DNA of 63,124 nt, counting the filler, from Octopus bimaculoides (lineage: Eukaryota), in NCBI RefSeq assembly GCF_001194135.2. It is 6 parts of 6 records of this genome, joined end to end, with 100 filler letters (N's around TTAATTAATTAA, not from the genome) between each part and the next. Parts side by side here need not be neighbours in the genome. Positions count along the whole stretch, not along the records: positions 47,134 to 55,086 come from NC_069000.1; positions 55,187 to 63,124 come from NC_068989.1; 4 more parts are not named here. One strand, given 5' to 3'. A program made the position numbers and the translations under genes. Positions within the stretch are counted from its first letter, which is position 1, and every line of letters begins with the position of its first letter. A model generated the notes under the pieces. The model saw nothing but the letters and a program-made list of their open reading frames with translations. It was not told the origin of the DNA and ran no database searches. Below are positions 48,393 through 61,379 of this stretch, piece after piece.

Positions 48393-49045
48393 TTATGCGT
48401 GTTTGTGTGCTTGTGTGTGTGTGTGTATGCATGTAATTTATAGGAGCTATTAAAGTTATTTTGAAAAATATGTGCTAAAATCATTTTCACAAAAATTTAC
48501 TTTTCAAAATTGGCAGAGATTTATTTCCTGTATTTTCATGGAAAGCAATCTCTTTTTTTTTTTGGAGATAAAGTTTACTCCATATCTATGACCATCTTTT
48601 GTTGTAGAATTCATTACATGTACACACACTCACATGCCACATTTTCCCAGCACACACACAAACACACATTGTGCTCACACACACAGTCAAACATACAAGA
48701 ATGCACACACACACATGTACATACATGCACAAAAACACACACGCACACAGACATGCACACAAATGTATGTATATATATATGTATATATATATCATAATGA
48801 TAGATAAAGAGAGTGGTATGTTTTAAAAAGTTAAAATGTCTGTATGATATAATGATGATGGTAATGATGATGGTGATGGTAAGGATGGTGGTGATGGTGG
48901 TGGTGGTGGTGAAAATTTTGATGGTGAAGATGATGATGATGATGATGATGATGATGATATCGATTTGCTTAGATGTTTTTTTGTCTGGATTTGTTGGGTG
49001 GGGTTGTTGCTTTGTTTATGTGTACTTGCATACATATACATCTGC

Positions 49046-49091
<46 letters not shown>

Positions 49092-49974
49092 NNNNNNNNN
49101 NNNNNNNNNNNNNNNNNNNNNNNNNNNNNNNNNNNNNNNNNNNNNNNNNNNNNNNNNNNNNNNNNNNNNNNNNNNNNNNNNNNNNNNNNNNNNNNNNNNN
49201 NNNNNNNNNNNNNNNNNNNNNNNNNNNNNNNNNNNNNNNNNNNNNNNNNNNNNNNNNNNNNNNNNNNNNNNNNNNNNNNNNNNNNNNNNNNNNNNNNNNN
49301 NNNNNNNNNNNNNNNNNNNNNNNNNNNNNNNNNNNNNNNNNNNNNNNNNNNNNNNNNNNNNNNNNNNNNNNNNNNNNNNNNNNNNNNNNNNNNNNNNNNN
49401 NNNNNNNNNNNNNNNNNNNNNNNNNNNNNNNNNNNNNNNNNNNNNNNNNNNNNNNNNNNNNNNNNNNNNNNNNNNNNNNNNNNNNNNNNNNNNNNNNNNN
49501 NNNNNNNNNNNNNNNNNNNNNNNNNNNNNNNNNNNNNNNNNNNNNNNNNNNNNNNNNNNNNNNNNNNNNNNNNNNNNNNNNNNNNNNNNNNNNNNNNNNN
49601 NNNNNNNNNNNNNNNNNNNNNNNNNNNNNNNNNNNNNNNNNNNNNNNNNNNNNNNNNNNNNNNNNNNNNNNNNNNNNNNNNNNNNNNNNNNNNNNNNNNN
49701 NNNNNNNNNNNNNNNNNNNNNNNNNNNNNNNNNNNNNNNNNNNNNNNNNNNNNNNNNNNNNNNNNNNNNNNNNNNNNNNNNNNNNNNNNNNNNNNNNNNN
49801 NNNNNNNNNNNNNNNNNNNNNNNNNNNNNNNNNNNNNNNNNNNNNNNNNNNNNNNNNNNNNNNNNNNNNNNNNNNNNNNNNNNNNNNNNNNNNNNNNNNN
49901 NNNNNNNNNNNNNNNNNNNNNNNNNATATATATATATATACACATATGTAGATCTATGTATGTATTTATATGTG

Positions 49975-50140
49975 GTAGGTGCATGCATAGCTTTGTGGTT
50001 AAGACCCTTGCTTAGCAACCATGTGTTTTTGAGTTTGGTTCCACTATGTGGCACCTTGGGCAAATATTATCTACTGCTATAACCTCAGACAGACTAATCA
50101 GTGCCCTGTGAGTGACTTTGGTAAACATAAACTGTGTAGA
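49975..50140 (+). mobile_element. SINE A-type tRNA head
   Basis: gctttgtggttaagac...aaccatgtg...ccactatgtggcaccttgggcaa. Confidence 0.65.
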
Positions 50141-50244
50141 ATATATGTGTGTGTACACACACACGCGCATATATATTCTACATTTATATATTCATATATA
50201 TTGTACACAGTTTCTGTTTACAAAAGTGTGCCAAAAAGACATGT

Positions 50245-50390
50245 ATTCTGTTGGCGATTTCTTCTCCATTCTTGGACTTTCCCCTGTCTCCTTTCCGATG
50301 AAGAGCTATGCTCAAAATGTCAAACTCTCTCCTTTCACTGAGCATCAAGCTAATATATTTCTTATGCAGGTTCTAACGTTTGTTTTTTTT
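50245..50390 (+). mobile_element. Decayed copy of the hammerhead-motif repeat
   Basis: cctttCCGATGAa-gagc-tat-gctc-aaaatgtc (50295-50321). It shares the upstream gttggcgattt...ttggactt with the 41545 copy. Confidence 0.55.
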
Positions 50391-50439
50391 GCTTTCTTAT
50401 GTGCCAGTGATATGTTAAAAGCGCCCTTATACACTCTGT

Positions 50440-50592
50440 GGAGTGGTTGCATTAGGACAAGCATCCAGCAGTAGAAACCAAGCCAAAACAAATTGGAGCC
50501 TGGTGCAGCTATCTGGCTTACCATCCCCATACAAACCATCTAACCCATGCCACCATGGAAAACAGATGACTGATGATGATGATGATGATGAT
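50440..50592 (+). mobile_element. SINE family D 3' part with (GAT)n tail
   Basis: gcattaggacaagcatccagcagtagaaacc...acccatgccaccatggaaaacag(atg)n. Confidence 0.65.
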
Positions 50593-50619
50593 TATATATA
50601 TATATATATATATATATAG

Positions 50620-50774
50620 TGGCTGTGTGGTAAGTAGCTTGCTTACCAACCACATGGTTCCAGGTTCATTCCCAGTGCGTGGCACCTTGGACAAGTGTCT
50701 TCTACTATAGCCTCGGGTTGACCAAAGCCTTGTGAGTGGATTTGGTAGACGTAAACTGAAAGAAGCCCGTCATG

Positions 50775-50775
<1 letters not shown>
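50620..50775 (+). mobile_element. SINE family A head running into (TA)n and a gap
   Basis: gtggctgtgtggtaagtagcttgcttaccaaccacatggttcc...gaaagaagcccgtc. Confidence 0.85.
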
Positions 50776-50813
<38 letters not shown>

Positions 50814-51759
50814 NNNNNNNNNNNNNNNNNNNNNNNNNNNNNNNNNNNNNNNNNNNNNNNNNNNNNNNNNNNNNNNNNNNNNNNNNNNNNNNNNNNNNNN
50901 NNNNNNNNNNNNNNNNNNNNNNNNNNNNNNNNNNNNNNNNNNNNNNNNNNNNNNNNNNNNNNNNNNNNNNNNNNNNNNNNNNNNNNNNNNNNNNNNNNNN
51001 NNNNNNNNNNNNNNNNNNNNNNNNNNNNNNNNNNNNNNNNNNNNNNNNNNNNNNNNNNNNNNNNNNNNNNNNNNNNNNNNNNNNNNNNNNNNNNNNNNNN
51101 NNNNNNNNNNNNNNNNNNNNNNNNNNNNNNNNNNNNNNNNNNNNNNNNNNNNNNNNNNNNNNNNNNNNNNNNNNNNNNNNNNNNNNNNNNNNNNNNNNNN
51201 NNNNNNNNNNNNNNNNNNNNNNNNNNNNNNNNNNNNNNNNNNNNNNNNNNNNNNNNNNNNNNNNNNNNNNNNNNNNNNNNNNNNNNNNNNNNNNNNNNNN
51301 NNNNNNNNNNNNNNNNNNNNNNNNNNNNNNNNNNNNNNNNNNNNNNNNNNNNNNNNNNNNNNNNNNNNNNNNNNNNNNNNNNNNNNNNNNNNNNNNNNNN
51401 NNNNNNNNNNNNNNNNNNNNNNNNNNNNNNNNNNNNNNNNNNNNNNNNNNNNNNNNNNNNNNNNNNNNNNNNGGGATGGAGGTGAGGTGGTTCCGGAGAG
51501 AGGGGAACGAAATAGGTGTGGGGGGGGGTAGGGTTGAGGAGGGTTTTGCATAGTGGAGGAGAGGACAGAGGATGGTGGGGATGGGCTGGGGTGGAATTCT
51601 CTTGTTGAGAACATTGGAACTACGAGGAAAAAAATACTGTTTGGAATTTTGCTCTGTGTTCTTGGTTCTTTGTGTTGCCATTTATTTTTCTTGTGCAATT
51701 AAGAGAGGAAAAAAAATGAGGATTGATAATTCCACTGAACATTGTGTGTGTGTGTGTGT

Positions 51760-52106
51760 ATATGGCTGTGGGGTTAAGAAGTTTGCTTTGTAGCCATGTG
51801 GTTTTGGGTTCAATCCCACTGTGTGACACCTTGGGCGAATATCCTCTGCAATAGACTCATAGCCCAACCAGGCTTACCAATGCCTTGAGAATGAATTTGG
51901 TAGAGGGAAACTTGTTTTGAAGCCTGTCATACGTCTATCTTTCTATCTATCTATCTATCTAGCTAGCTAGCTAGCTATCTATCTAGCTGTCTATCTGCCT
52001 GTCTGTCTGTTTGTCTATCTATCTCTCTATCAGTCTACCAGTCTGTCTGTCTATCTATCTGCCTGCCTGTCTGCCTGACTGTCTGTCTGTCTGTCTATCT
52101 GTCTGT

Positions 52107-52158
<52 letters not shown>

Positions 52159-52450
52159 ATATATATATATATCCATTTATTTATCTGTCTATCTGTGTGT
52201 GTATGTGTGTGTGTGTGTCTTTGTATCTGTATTCATCTCTTGCCACTGCTTGATAACTGGTGTTGGTTTGTTTATATCCCCATAACTTAGTGCTTTGGGC
52301 AAAAGAGACCAATAGAATAAGTATTAGACATCAAAAGAAAAACCCACTTACTGTTGGGGGTCCATTTGTTCGACCAAAACCCTTCGAGGCAGTGCTCCAG
52401 CATGGCCAAAATCCAATGACTGAAACAAGTAAAAGATAACAGATAAAAGA
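51760..52450 (+). mobile_element. Degenerate SINE A with its internal microsatellite expanded to ~300 bp
   Basis: Head at 51760-51930, (TCTA/TCTG)n at 51930-52220, tail at 52230-52450. Confidence 0.7.
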
Positions 52451-52609
52451 TAAAGATAATGAAAGTAATATGAGAGTTACAATGGGATGCTATTTGGTGA
52501 TAGTAGAGGGGGAGGAATGATTGGTTGTATGTTTTAGCTCATGGTTTTGATGAGAACAAGAAAAAGTAAGAGAGACTGATTGGGTGTGTAAGCTTATGCA
52601 TGGATAGCT

Positions 52610-53070
52610 CATTTCTACTCTAGGTACAAGGCCTGAAATTTTTGGGGAAGGGGCCAGTCAATTAGATCGACCCCAGTATGCAACTGGTACTTAATTTATC
52701 GACCCCCAAAAGGATGAAAGGCAAAGTTGACCTTGGCAGAATTTGAACTCAGGCAGTGAGCTGGCAGAAACGTTAGCATGCCGGGGTGAAATGCTTAGCG
52801 GTATTTCGTCTGCCGCTATGTTCTGAGTTCAAATTCCACCGAGGTCGACTTTGCCTTTCATCCTTTAGGGGTCGATAAATTAAGTACCAGTTACGCACTG
52901 GGGTCGATGTAATTGACTTAATCCGTTTGTCTGTCCTTGTTTGGTCTCTCTATGTTTAGCTCCTTGAGGGCAATAAAGAAATAAGAATTTGAACTCAGGA
53001 CGTAAAGAGAAATGAAATACTGCTAAGCATTTCGCCTGGCATTCTAACGTTTCTGCCAGCTCACCACCCT
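52610..53070. mobile_element. SINE B (+, ~52752-52984) nested inside a SINE B (-)
   Basis: Direct repeat agaatttgaactcagg at 52738-52753 and 52984-52999 flanks the inner copy. The outer copy resumes afterwards. Confidence 0.88.
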
Positions 53071-53289
53071 TGCATGGATGGCTCATGGTTTGCTATTTGA
53101 GGGGAGAATGAGAACGAGCCATTGTAGTGGTGGTAGAGCAAACAGAGAGAGGACATAGCAGCTCAGGTGAGTTTGTGTTTTTCACTTCTTGTGTGCTAGG
53201 ATTCATTAGGTTGTTTGCCAGGTTTCCATGGCATTTAAGGGACCGAAATCATAGCAATTCCCTTGAACAGGATGCCAATCTGTTACAAG

Positions 53290-53500
53290 GTTCAAAACCA
53301 GCAATTTTGAGGAGAGAGATCCTGTAGATTTCATTGACTCCAGTACTTGACCAGTACTTTATTTTATTGACTGCCCCAGGAAAAATTAAAGGCAAAAGTG
53401 ACCTCAGTGGGATTTGAACTCAGAATATGGAGAGCTAGAAGAAATGCTGCTAAATATTTTGCTTAACACACTTATGATTTCTGCCAGTTTGCCACCTTCA
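53290..53500 (-). mobile_element. Old SINE B-related copy
   Basis: cagtacttgaccagtac...ggcaaaagtgacctcagtgggatttgaactcagaat...ttctgccagtttgccacc. Confidence 0.6.
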
Positions 53501-53879
53501 ATCATTGGTTATCGGAGGCTAAATTGGTCAGATTTGTGATGGCTACTTCACTACATGTGACCACATGTATGCCATCCTATGGTTGAATACATGGAAAAGC
53601 CTTAGTGTGGTCGCTCAATAGCAACCAAATCAATCTTATATCACACCTTAGCATCTTCAAAAAGGAAGGACACATTGGATAATTTGGGCTTAGACAAAAC
53701 AGATGGGATGGCCATGGCTGGTTTGAATAAGGAGAGTTAGAAGAAATGCTACTAAGCATTTTGTTTAACATGCTTATGATTTCTACCAGTTTGTCACCTT
53801 AGGTCAGATAGGATGGTCATGGCTGGCTATCCTTTTGATCACAGGTCTGCTCAGTTAACAACAAAAACAGTAACCATAT

Positions 53880-54680
53880 GGTACTCTCTCACAGCAGTTT
53901 AATTTATATGACCTCATGTAGTAATCCATCCTAGATTGTTTTCATCTGTATGCTTCATCAACATGTTAACTCATGTAGTACTCATGTTGTTTTCACAATG
54001 TGCATCAGCTACATGTGACCTCATGTAGTACTCCATCCTAAGATTGTTTTCACTCATAAACTTCAGCTACATGTGAAATTATGTAGCACTTGATCAGGAA
54101 ATCATTTTTGCCAATATCATATCTCATATAGAATTTAATTCTAAGATTGTTTTACCTACATGTGACATCATATAGTATTCCAGTCTATTACACCTTCATC
54201 TACATGAATTTTCATGTAGAACTCCAACCCCAAACTGATTCTGTTACATGAGTGACCTCATGTAATACTATTTCATTTACATGTGGCCTCAGTAGTTCAA
54301 AACTGCTTCAGCAATATAGCTTCTCATGTATCATTCTAACTTAAGAATACCTTACCTACCTGTAACCACATCTAGTATTCCAACTTAAAATTGTATCCCC
54401 TGCATGTGGCCTAATGTAGTACTTAGCTATAGATTGTGTCACCTTCATGTGACATTATAATACTTCATCTCATGGTGGCTTTTCATCTACATGTGATTCC
54501 ATGTGATTTCCAATCTAAAGATTGTGTCCCCTACATGTGATGTCATGCAATATTTGAGCCATTTACCTTCATGCAACTACATGTAGTAATTCCAGCTTAT
54601 GATTGCTTTATTTACATATGATCATATGTAATAGTGCAATCTCATGTAGCACTCCAGCCCCAAATTGCTACATGTTTGTA
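53880..54680. repeat. Degenerate 44-bp tandem array, unit near ctacatgtgacctcatgtagtactccatcctaagattgttttca
   Basis: Core tacatg starts at 54157, 54201, 54245 and at 54357, 54401, ~54444, 54488, 54532 (44-bp steps). Confidence 0.8.
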
Positions 54681-54894
54681 TCTGTCCCAAATACTTGCAG
54701 AAAGTCATATTGCTCTCTTTTGTTACTTTTGTTGTTGTTGGCTTTATTTTGTATTTTTTGCTTTTATTGTTGTTGTTGTTTAACACTAGGACAGTCCAGA
54801 TTGTGCCAGACCCATGATCAAAGACATTCCGCTCATGGCCATTCCATATTTATATGTGTGTGTGTGTTTAAGTGTGAGTATGTGCATGTGTGTG

Positions 54895-55050
54895 GGCATG
54901 GGTGTGTGGTTGAGAATCTCACTTTGCAACCACATGTCTCTGGATTCAGTGCCACTGTATGGCACCTTGGGAAAGTGTCACCTACTAAAGCCCCAAGCTG
55001 ATCAATGCCTTGTTAGTGAATTTGATAGATGGAAACTGTGTAGAATACTG
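54895..55050 (+). mobile_element. SINE A-type tRNA head
   Basis: gggtgtgtggttgagaa...caaccacatg...ggattcagtgccactgtatggcaccttggg. Confidence 0.7.
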
Positions 55051-55086
55051 TCTCATATATATGTATATATATATATATATATATAT

Positions 55087-55186
55087 NNNNNNNNNNNNNN
55101 NNNNNNNNNNNNNNNNNNNNNNNNNNNNNNTTAATTAATTAANNNNNNNNNNNNNNNNNNNNNNNNNNNNNNNNNNNNNNNNNNNN
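55087..55186. other. Artificial scaffold-joining spacer
   Basis: 44 N + TTAATTAATTAA (55131-55142) + 44 N. Confidence 0.95.
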
Positions 55187-55418
55187 GTGTAATGACTCAG
55201 AAAAAAACTGACTTATGGAATAACGCAAAATATATTTCAATTTTAAATACTGTGTATATATTATTCAAATTTCCCCGTATTTATATCTTATGACTATTGC
55301 TTTTTTCCTTGTTTTATTTTGTAATTTTGATTAATTTAAGAATGAAAATCAAAATTCATATTTTAACGGGCTAAATTATTAAAACCCTAATTGTGTGGCG
55401 TCTAATAAAATCATTGTT

Positions 55419-55480
<62 letters not shown>

Positions 55481-55944
55481 TCTTTCTTTTATTAGCCACA
55501 CAGGACTGCACACAGAGGGGACAAATACAACTGTAGAGCTTTTCTTTAAAAATAAAAAAGGTAAAATAAAANNNNNNNNNNNNNNNNNNNNNNNNNNNNN
55601 NNNNNNNNNNNNNNNNNNNNNNNNNNNNNNNNNNNNNNNNNNNNNNNNNNNNNNNNNNNNNNNNNNNNNNNNNNNNNNNNNNNNNNNNNNNNNNNNNNNN
55701 NNNNNNNNNNNNNNNNNNNNNNNNNNNNNNNNNNNNNNNNNNNNNNNNNNNNNNNNNNNNNNNNNNNNNNNNNNNNNNNNNNNNNNNNNNNNNNNNNNNN
55801 NNNNNNNNNNNNNNNNNNNNNNNNNNNNNNNNNNNNNNNNNNNNNNNNNNNNNNNNNNNNNNNNNNNNNNNNNNNNNNNNNNNNNNNNNNNNNNNNNNNN
55901 NNNNNNNNNNNNTTTCTCGATTTATAGGATCATGCTCAAAGAGG

Positions 55945-55987
<43 letters not shown>

Positions 55988-56707
55988 GTAGGTAGGTAGG
56001 TAGGTAGGTAGGTAGGTAGGTAGGTAAGATTGGGTGGGTGGTTGGATGGATGGATGGATGGATGGATGGATGGATGTGTATGCAAAATTTAGTTATGGGA
56101 TGAGCGGTAACAAAATATTTTGATTCAGTTCTTTGTACACTTCTGTCAGGTAACCACTCTGTAATATTTGATATCATTAAAATCAGAGAAACTGCTTAGG
56201 TACTAGAGTAGCACCCCTAATATATGATTGAAGAAATTTTCGTGCAGCAATGATTTACGTCTCTTATCGTTCCGATTTCAAACGTAATTGCTGTGCAAAA
56301 ATGTACCACTAAATTCATTCGCCCCAACCCTTGTTTACATGTTTGAGAGTGTCTACGAAATGTAGGGGCCATAAATCACTTGAATTTCCTTTCCGTTTGT
56401 TCTTCCTTTGGAATATAAGACTATTACTCTGTATGAAATTGAACCAATATTACAAGATAGAAAGTTCGCTTTAATCTATAATTGATGCTTATAGCTGCAT
56501 AGAAGTAGTTACAGAAATATTTCATACTTGGAGATATTAAAACTTCAGACAATATACCATACATCGAATGTTCTTAGTGCATTTATTTTCCTACAAACAA
56601 AGTAAATTCATAAGTTACAGAGATTTCAATTTCCCGCATCAACTGATATACTGTTCAAGAAAGCAATTTATCAATGACGAGGAAATTATATACGTCTGAT
56701 AATGTGT

Positions 56708-56812
<105 letters not shown>

Positions 56813-57916
56813 TGTATGTGTGTGTATTAGCATATCTGTATATATATATTGTTATAGTTTTCTTGACATACTTAAAACTTTTAAACTTCTATAACTAATA
56901 TCTCTTCCGACAGATAAATCTTTGTTCACCAGTTTTATTAGTCAGGATTACAGGAGCATTATCCTGAGTGCACCCTCTACACAATTGCTTTATATCTTCA
57001 GATTTCCTCTAATCTGAACTTTGTAGTAATTCTGTTACCAAGTAAAAAGCCAAAAATTGATTAGTTTTCAATAAGTTCAGTAAATGATTGTTGACTACGA
57101 TCAAATGTTAGACAGTCATAATTGAAACTAGTGACTTGAAACAATTCCATTTTGCTTTTGTTCTTTGTACACACTATTTATTACTCCAGGGTTTAGACGC
57201 GATATCCGTAGCAATTGTTTTCATGGACATTATCACAGATGGTGATAAACGAAATTAATTCGTTTAACGTTATTTAAAATTGTTAAATATTAATTTTCTA
57301 GTATACTCGTGTCGACAGTTATTGCGAATGGGGCTTCCACTCAAAATAGCGCATGAAACCATTGATACATTTTTTACCTAATGAGTCTGAACTTTGTATT
57401 TAATGTTAAGATATTACACTTTGATAATACACTTTGATCTCAGCCAAAATTAGGTGAACTACAATTTGTAATGCTGCTCATTGAAAATGATGCTTCACAA
57501 CATTATCAACACTTATCGTAGTAAAAATGACAGCAGTTTTTTCAATTATAATTGAGGTTTTTATCCATTAATAGTTTTAAAATTTGAATAAAAAATTGAT
57601 AGCATATACGAAATATTACAAATTTATTTAACTAACATTGAAGGATTGGTTGTTTCACTAAAATTGCGATAACACGTAAAATCCAGAGGAAAACGGTAAA
57701 ACGAATAAATTTGAAATTATTTTCTGTTCATACCCTGACTCGTATCTAGTTTGTATATATACATACACACGCGCACAACGGGATGCACAGCAGATAAAGC
57801 TATAAATAATGTAAATAATAGCATGTAAATAAGCTTAATATGATGTGCTTCGAGAGTGAATAGAACAAAAAAAATTATTTCACGTTCTCTCGAAAGATTA
57901 TAAAATCATTATGACG

Positions 57917-57956
<40 letters not shown>

Positions 57957-58811
57957 CAATGTTAATTCTCTAAATGAAGTATTAACAGTAACTGCACGAT
58001 AAAGTGTAGTATATTGCCACTTAAGTGTGGCTGACCCCTAGGGGTGGATGTTACTGTTGCTTTTAGCCCCAGGAGGACATCTCCTCCAGCTGGCTTATCG
58101 ACACACGACTGTGTCCTGTTTGCCAAGGGAAGTTATCCCTCTCACCATGATCTGCAGCACGAACGGATCCGGATTTCAGGGTTATTTCCCTTCGTCGGCG
58201 TTCGATAGCTACTGACCTTGGTGAGAGAGACAAAAACCTGGCAATCTTATATCTANNNNNNNNNNNNNNNNNNNNNNNNNNNNNNNNNNNNNNNNNNNNN
58301 NNNNNNNNNNNNNNNNNNNNNNNNNNNNNNNNNNNNNNNNNNNNNNNNNNNNNNNNNNNNNNNNNNNNNNNNNNNNNNNNNNNNNNNNNNNNNNNNNNNN
58401 NNNNNNNNNNNNNNNNNNNNNNNNNNNNNNNNNNNNNNNNNNNNNNNNNNNNNNNNNNNNNNNNNNNNNNNNNNNNNNNNNNNNNNNNNNNNNNNNNNNN
58501 NNNNNNNNNNNNNNNNNNNNNNNNNNNNNNNNNNNNNNNNNNNNNNNNNNNNNNNNNNNNNNNNNNNNNNNNNNNNNNNNNNNNNNNNNNNNNNNNNNNN
58601 NNNNNNNNNNNNNNNNNNNNNNNNNNNNNNNNNNNNNNNNNNNNNNNNNNNNNNNNNNNNNNNNNNNNNNNNNNNNNNNNNNNNNNNNNNNNNNNNNNNN
58701 NNNNNNNNNNNNNNNNNNNNNNNNNNNNNNNNNNNNNNNNNNNNNNNNNNNNNNNNNNNNNNNNNNNNNNNNNNNNNNNNNNNNNNNNNNNNNNNNNNNN
58801 NNNNNNNNNNN

Positions 58812-58848
<37 letters not shown>

Positions 58849-58982
58849 CGTATACACTACAAATTTGTACTTGTGTTGCAACTGAAAGCTTATTCAACTC
58901 TTCAATAAATTCTATTATAGAAAATTACATAAATGTGTTCCAGCTGTGACCATCCAATCAGTATATCATTTAATATATACAA

Positions 58983-59014
<32 letters not shown>

Positions 59015-61379
59015 ATGTGTGTGTGTGTACATGGATGTATATTTAAAATAATATAATATATCAATAAATTATATTAAAATATTTGCTTTTATTTATTGAA
59101 AGTTTTCATATTTAATATTTTACTTACTCGAGAAGTAAACTTTTGCTTACAGCTGGAACATCTTCGCGTTTTTGTTTTCCTATTATTAAATTTTTATATA
59201 TGAAGTTATATGTTCTTGCCGAAACTTATATACAGAAACTAAATCACATAACAGCGAGTAAATACTTTTCGTTATTCAGTTCTCATATTACAATTGTTAA
59301 TGATCCATGAGAATTTCAAGTTATCCCTTCTTGTTATCTGAATATGAAGACTGAGGTTAACTCTTTACTCCAACCCACATTTATTTTCGATTCTCACAAC
59401 ATTGCTCTTTCCTTATTTGCTATGAAGGCAAAGTGATAAAGACTTCATCCATTCACTCACTTTCATTTAACCTTAATCACTCACTCTCTATTGCAATTTG
59501 ACAACCTCCTGCTTTCACACTGTCTATTTAGCATAACAGAGAACAAAATACTAAACTTTGTCGTGATATGTGTCCGAATCATGCATTTTCTTTTATCACC
59601 AACATAGAAGGTATAATTTGTTTCTTAGTCAAGGAAAAAGGGCAGTACCCATAGGTTTTTCTGACTGCTTTACAATGACCGATTACTAAAATATTATTGA
59701 TTTCCAGCATTAACCTAATGCATGAAATTTGAAGAATCGAGAGATCTACTGGTTCGATACCAGTATGCGAATAGCACGTTTTAGAAACCAGGTATGATTT
59801 GAACCAAAACGCAATTGAAGGTAATTAAAAATTGTAGGTTTTTGCTTTTGATTTTGATAAGTAGAATAACGTTTGCAACAACGGAGTCTATTTATTGTCG
59901 CTCGTTCTGTTATTATTATCAGTCAAATTTTCCTCACTATCTTACCGTTTAAAAAAAAAACGAGGTGCGAATTGTAGTCATACTGGGTACGCAATGCCAG
60001 AAAATAAAACAGGATAGTCACGGTAAGTATTGCTTTGATCATAACATATGCAGCTTCTGACCCGGTTATGGCTAAACAATAGCCTCAAAAACAACAGCTA
60101 TAATTATTTTTAACTAAGATAATTCCGACCGACTATATTGAAGAAACTGTACTTGACAAATATTAGCATGGAAGTTTGTGTTTAACTTGTGGAACCAAGA
60201 TTAAAAGATGTTCTGTCATTCTTTCAGTTAACAGATAAATGAATAAAAAGAATATGCCATTCTATCATATATATTTATCATACAATTTTACTCATGTGAA
60301 ACCCTAATTTGTTGAAAATATGCTTTAGTAACTTGATTGATAACGTTGGGTCTCTCCTCTCCCGGTCGAAATGTGATGTCTCAAAGTATAGAAGTACATT
60401 TGATAATTAAATAGAAACGAAAGATAAGCCACTCCTGAAGCAAACCAGATGGAGTTTTTATCACAGGTTACTTCAACATTAAGCTGCACCGAGACACGTC
60501 TTCCGTAAGATAAGCCATTTGTGTGTTTGCAGATTAGTTCTGCCTACTTTCAGTTGGATTCGTTTTATCAAGTCCAATGCGATGACTAAGATAGATCGAT
60601 CTAAACAATATGTTGACTTCAAAGCAGCAGAAAATCACGATTACAGAAATCTTATAAAATGCACGAAGTCAAGTGACATTTTCGAGACTGATATTTCACT
60701 GCAATGAATGAAATTGCACTTTATTATGTACAAGATCCTCATTGACAAAGTTTGTATAATAAATTCATTATTACAGTGAGATTTAGTATATGTGATTGTA
60801 TTGATTTCTGATTTTGGTACCCAACCACAATGTTTTAGGGAATGTCTATTGATTATGGAAACAACCTCTGTATAATACTGGTAGCATAATACAAGCCAAC
60901 GAGTGAGCCATTCTGTGGTTGATCAAATTACTAGAAATAGCAGTAAAATCTCCCTCGAATTATAACTCAACTGTCTTAAAGAAAAGATTGTGGATTCGAT
61001 TCCTAGACCGAAAGGAGCACTATGTCTTTGAGCACTGTGTATTTCACATATCCCCAGTCTACTCGGATGTAAATGAGCGCCAGCCACATTCGGTAGAGCT
61101 TTCTCTCCTTTCACTTTTATATCCTCGATGTTTTGTGAGTTCAAGCGTAGGAGAGCCGAGAAGGTGTTTGCATGTGCTTGCGAATTTGATGGTCGACGTA
61201 TAAATGTTTGAAGGGGAGTATTAAAAGAGAGAGAGAGAAGACAGTTTTTAGCAAATGGAAGAACAAAAGAATCTACATCTACTTGCGATGGATGCGTGAA
61301 TATAATTTGAGTGATCTTACTTTGAAGGTGCGATGGGGATACTAGTGATTTTGATTTTGCCTGGTATTGAGCCTGTTGA

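Noticed and set aside
48813-48960. Met/Val-rich ORF
   Set aside because: It is an (ATG/GTG)n microsatellite.
53880-54680. CRISPR-like array
   Set aside because: The palindromic core is degenerate, the 'spacers' are related to each other, the context is eukaryotic, and there are no cas genes.
58020-58255. GC-richer segment next to a gap, possibly a LINE UTR
   Set aside because: No second copy, Pol III boxes or recognisable peptide in this window, so it cannot be classified.
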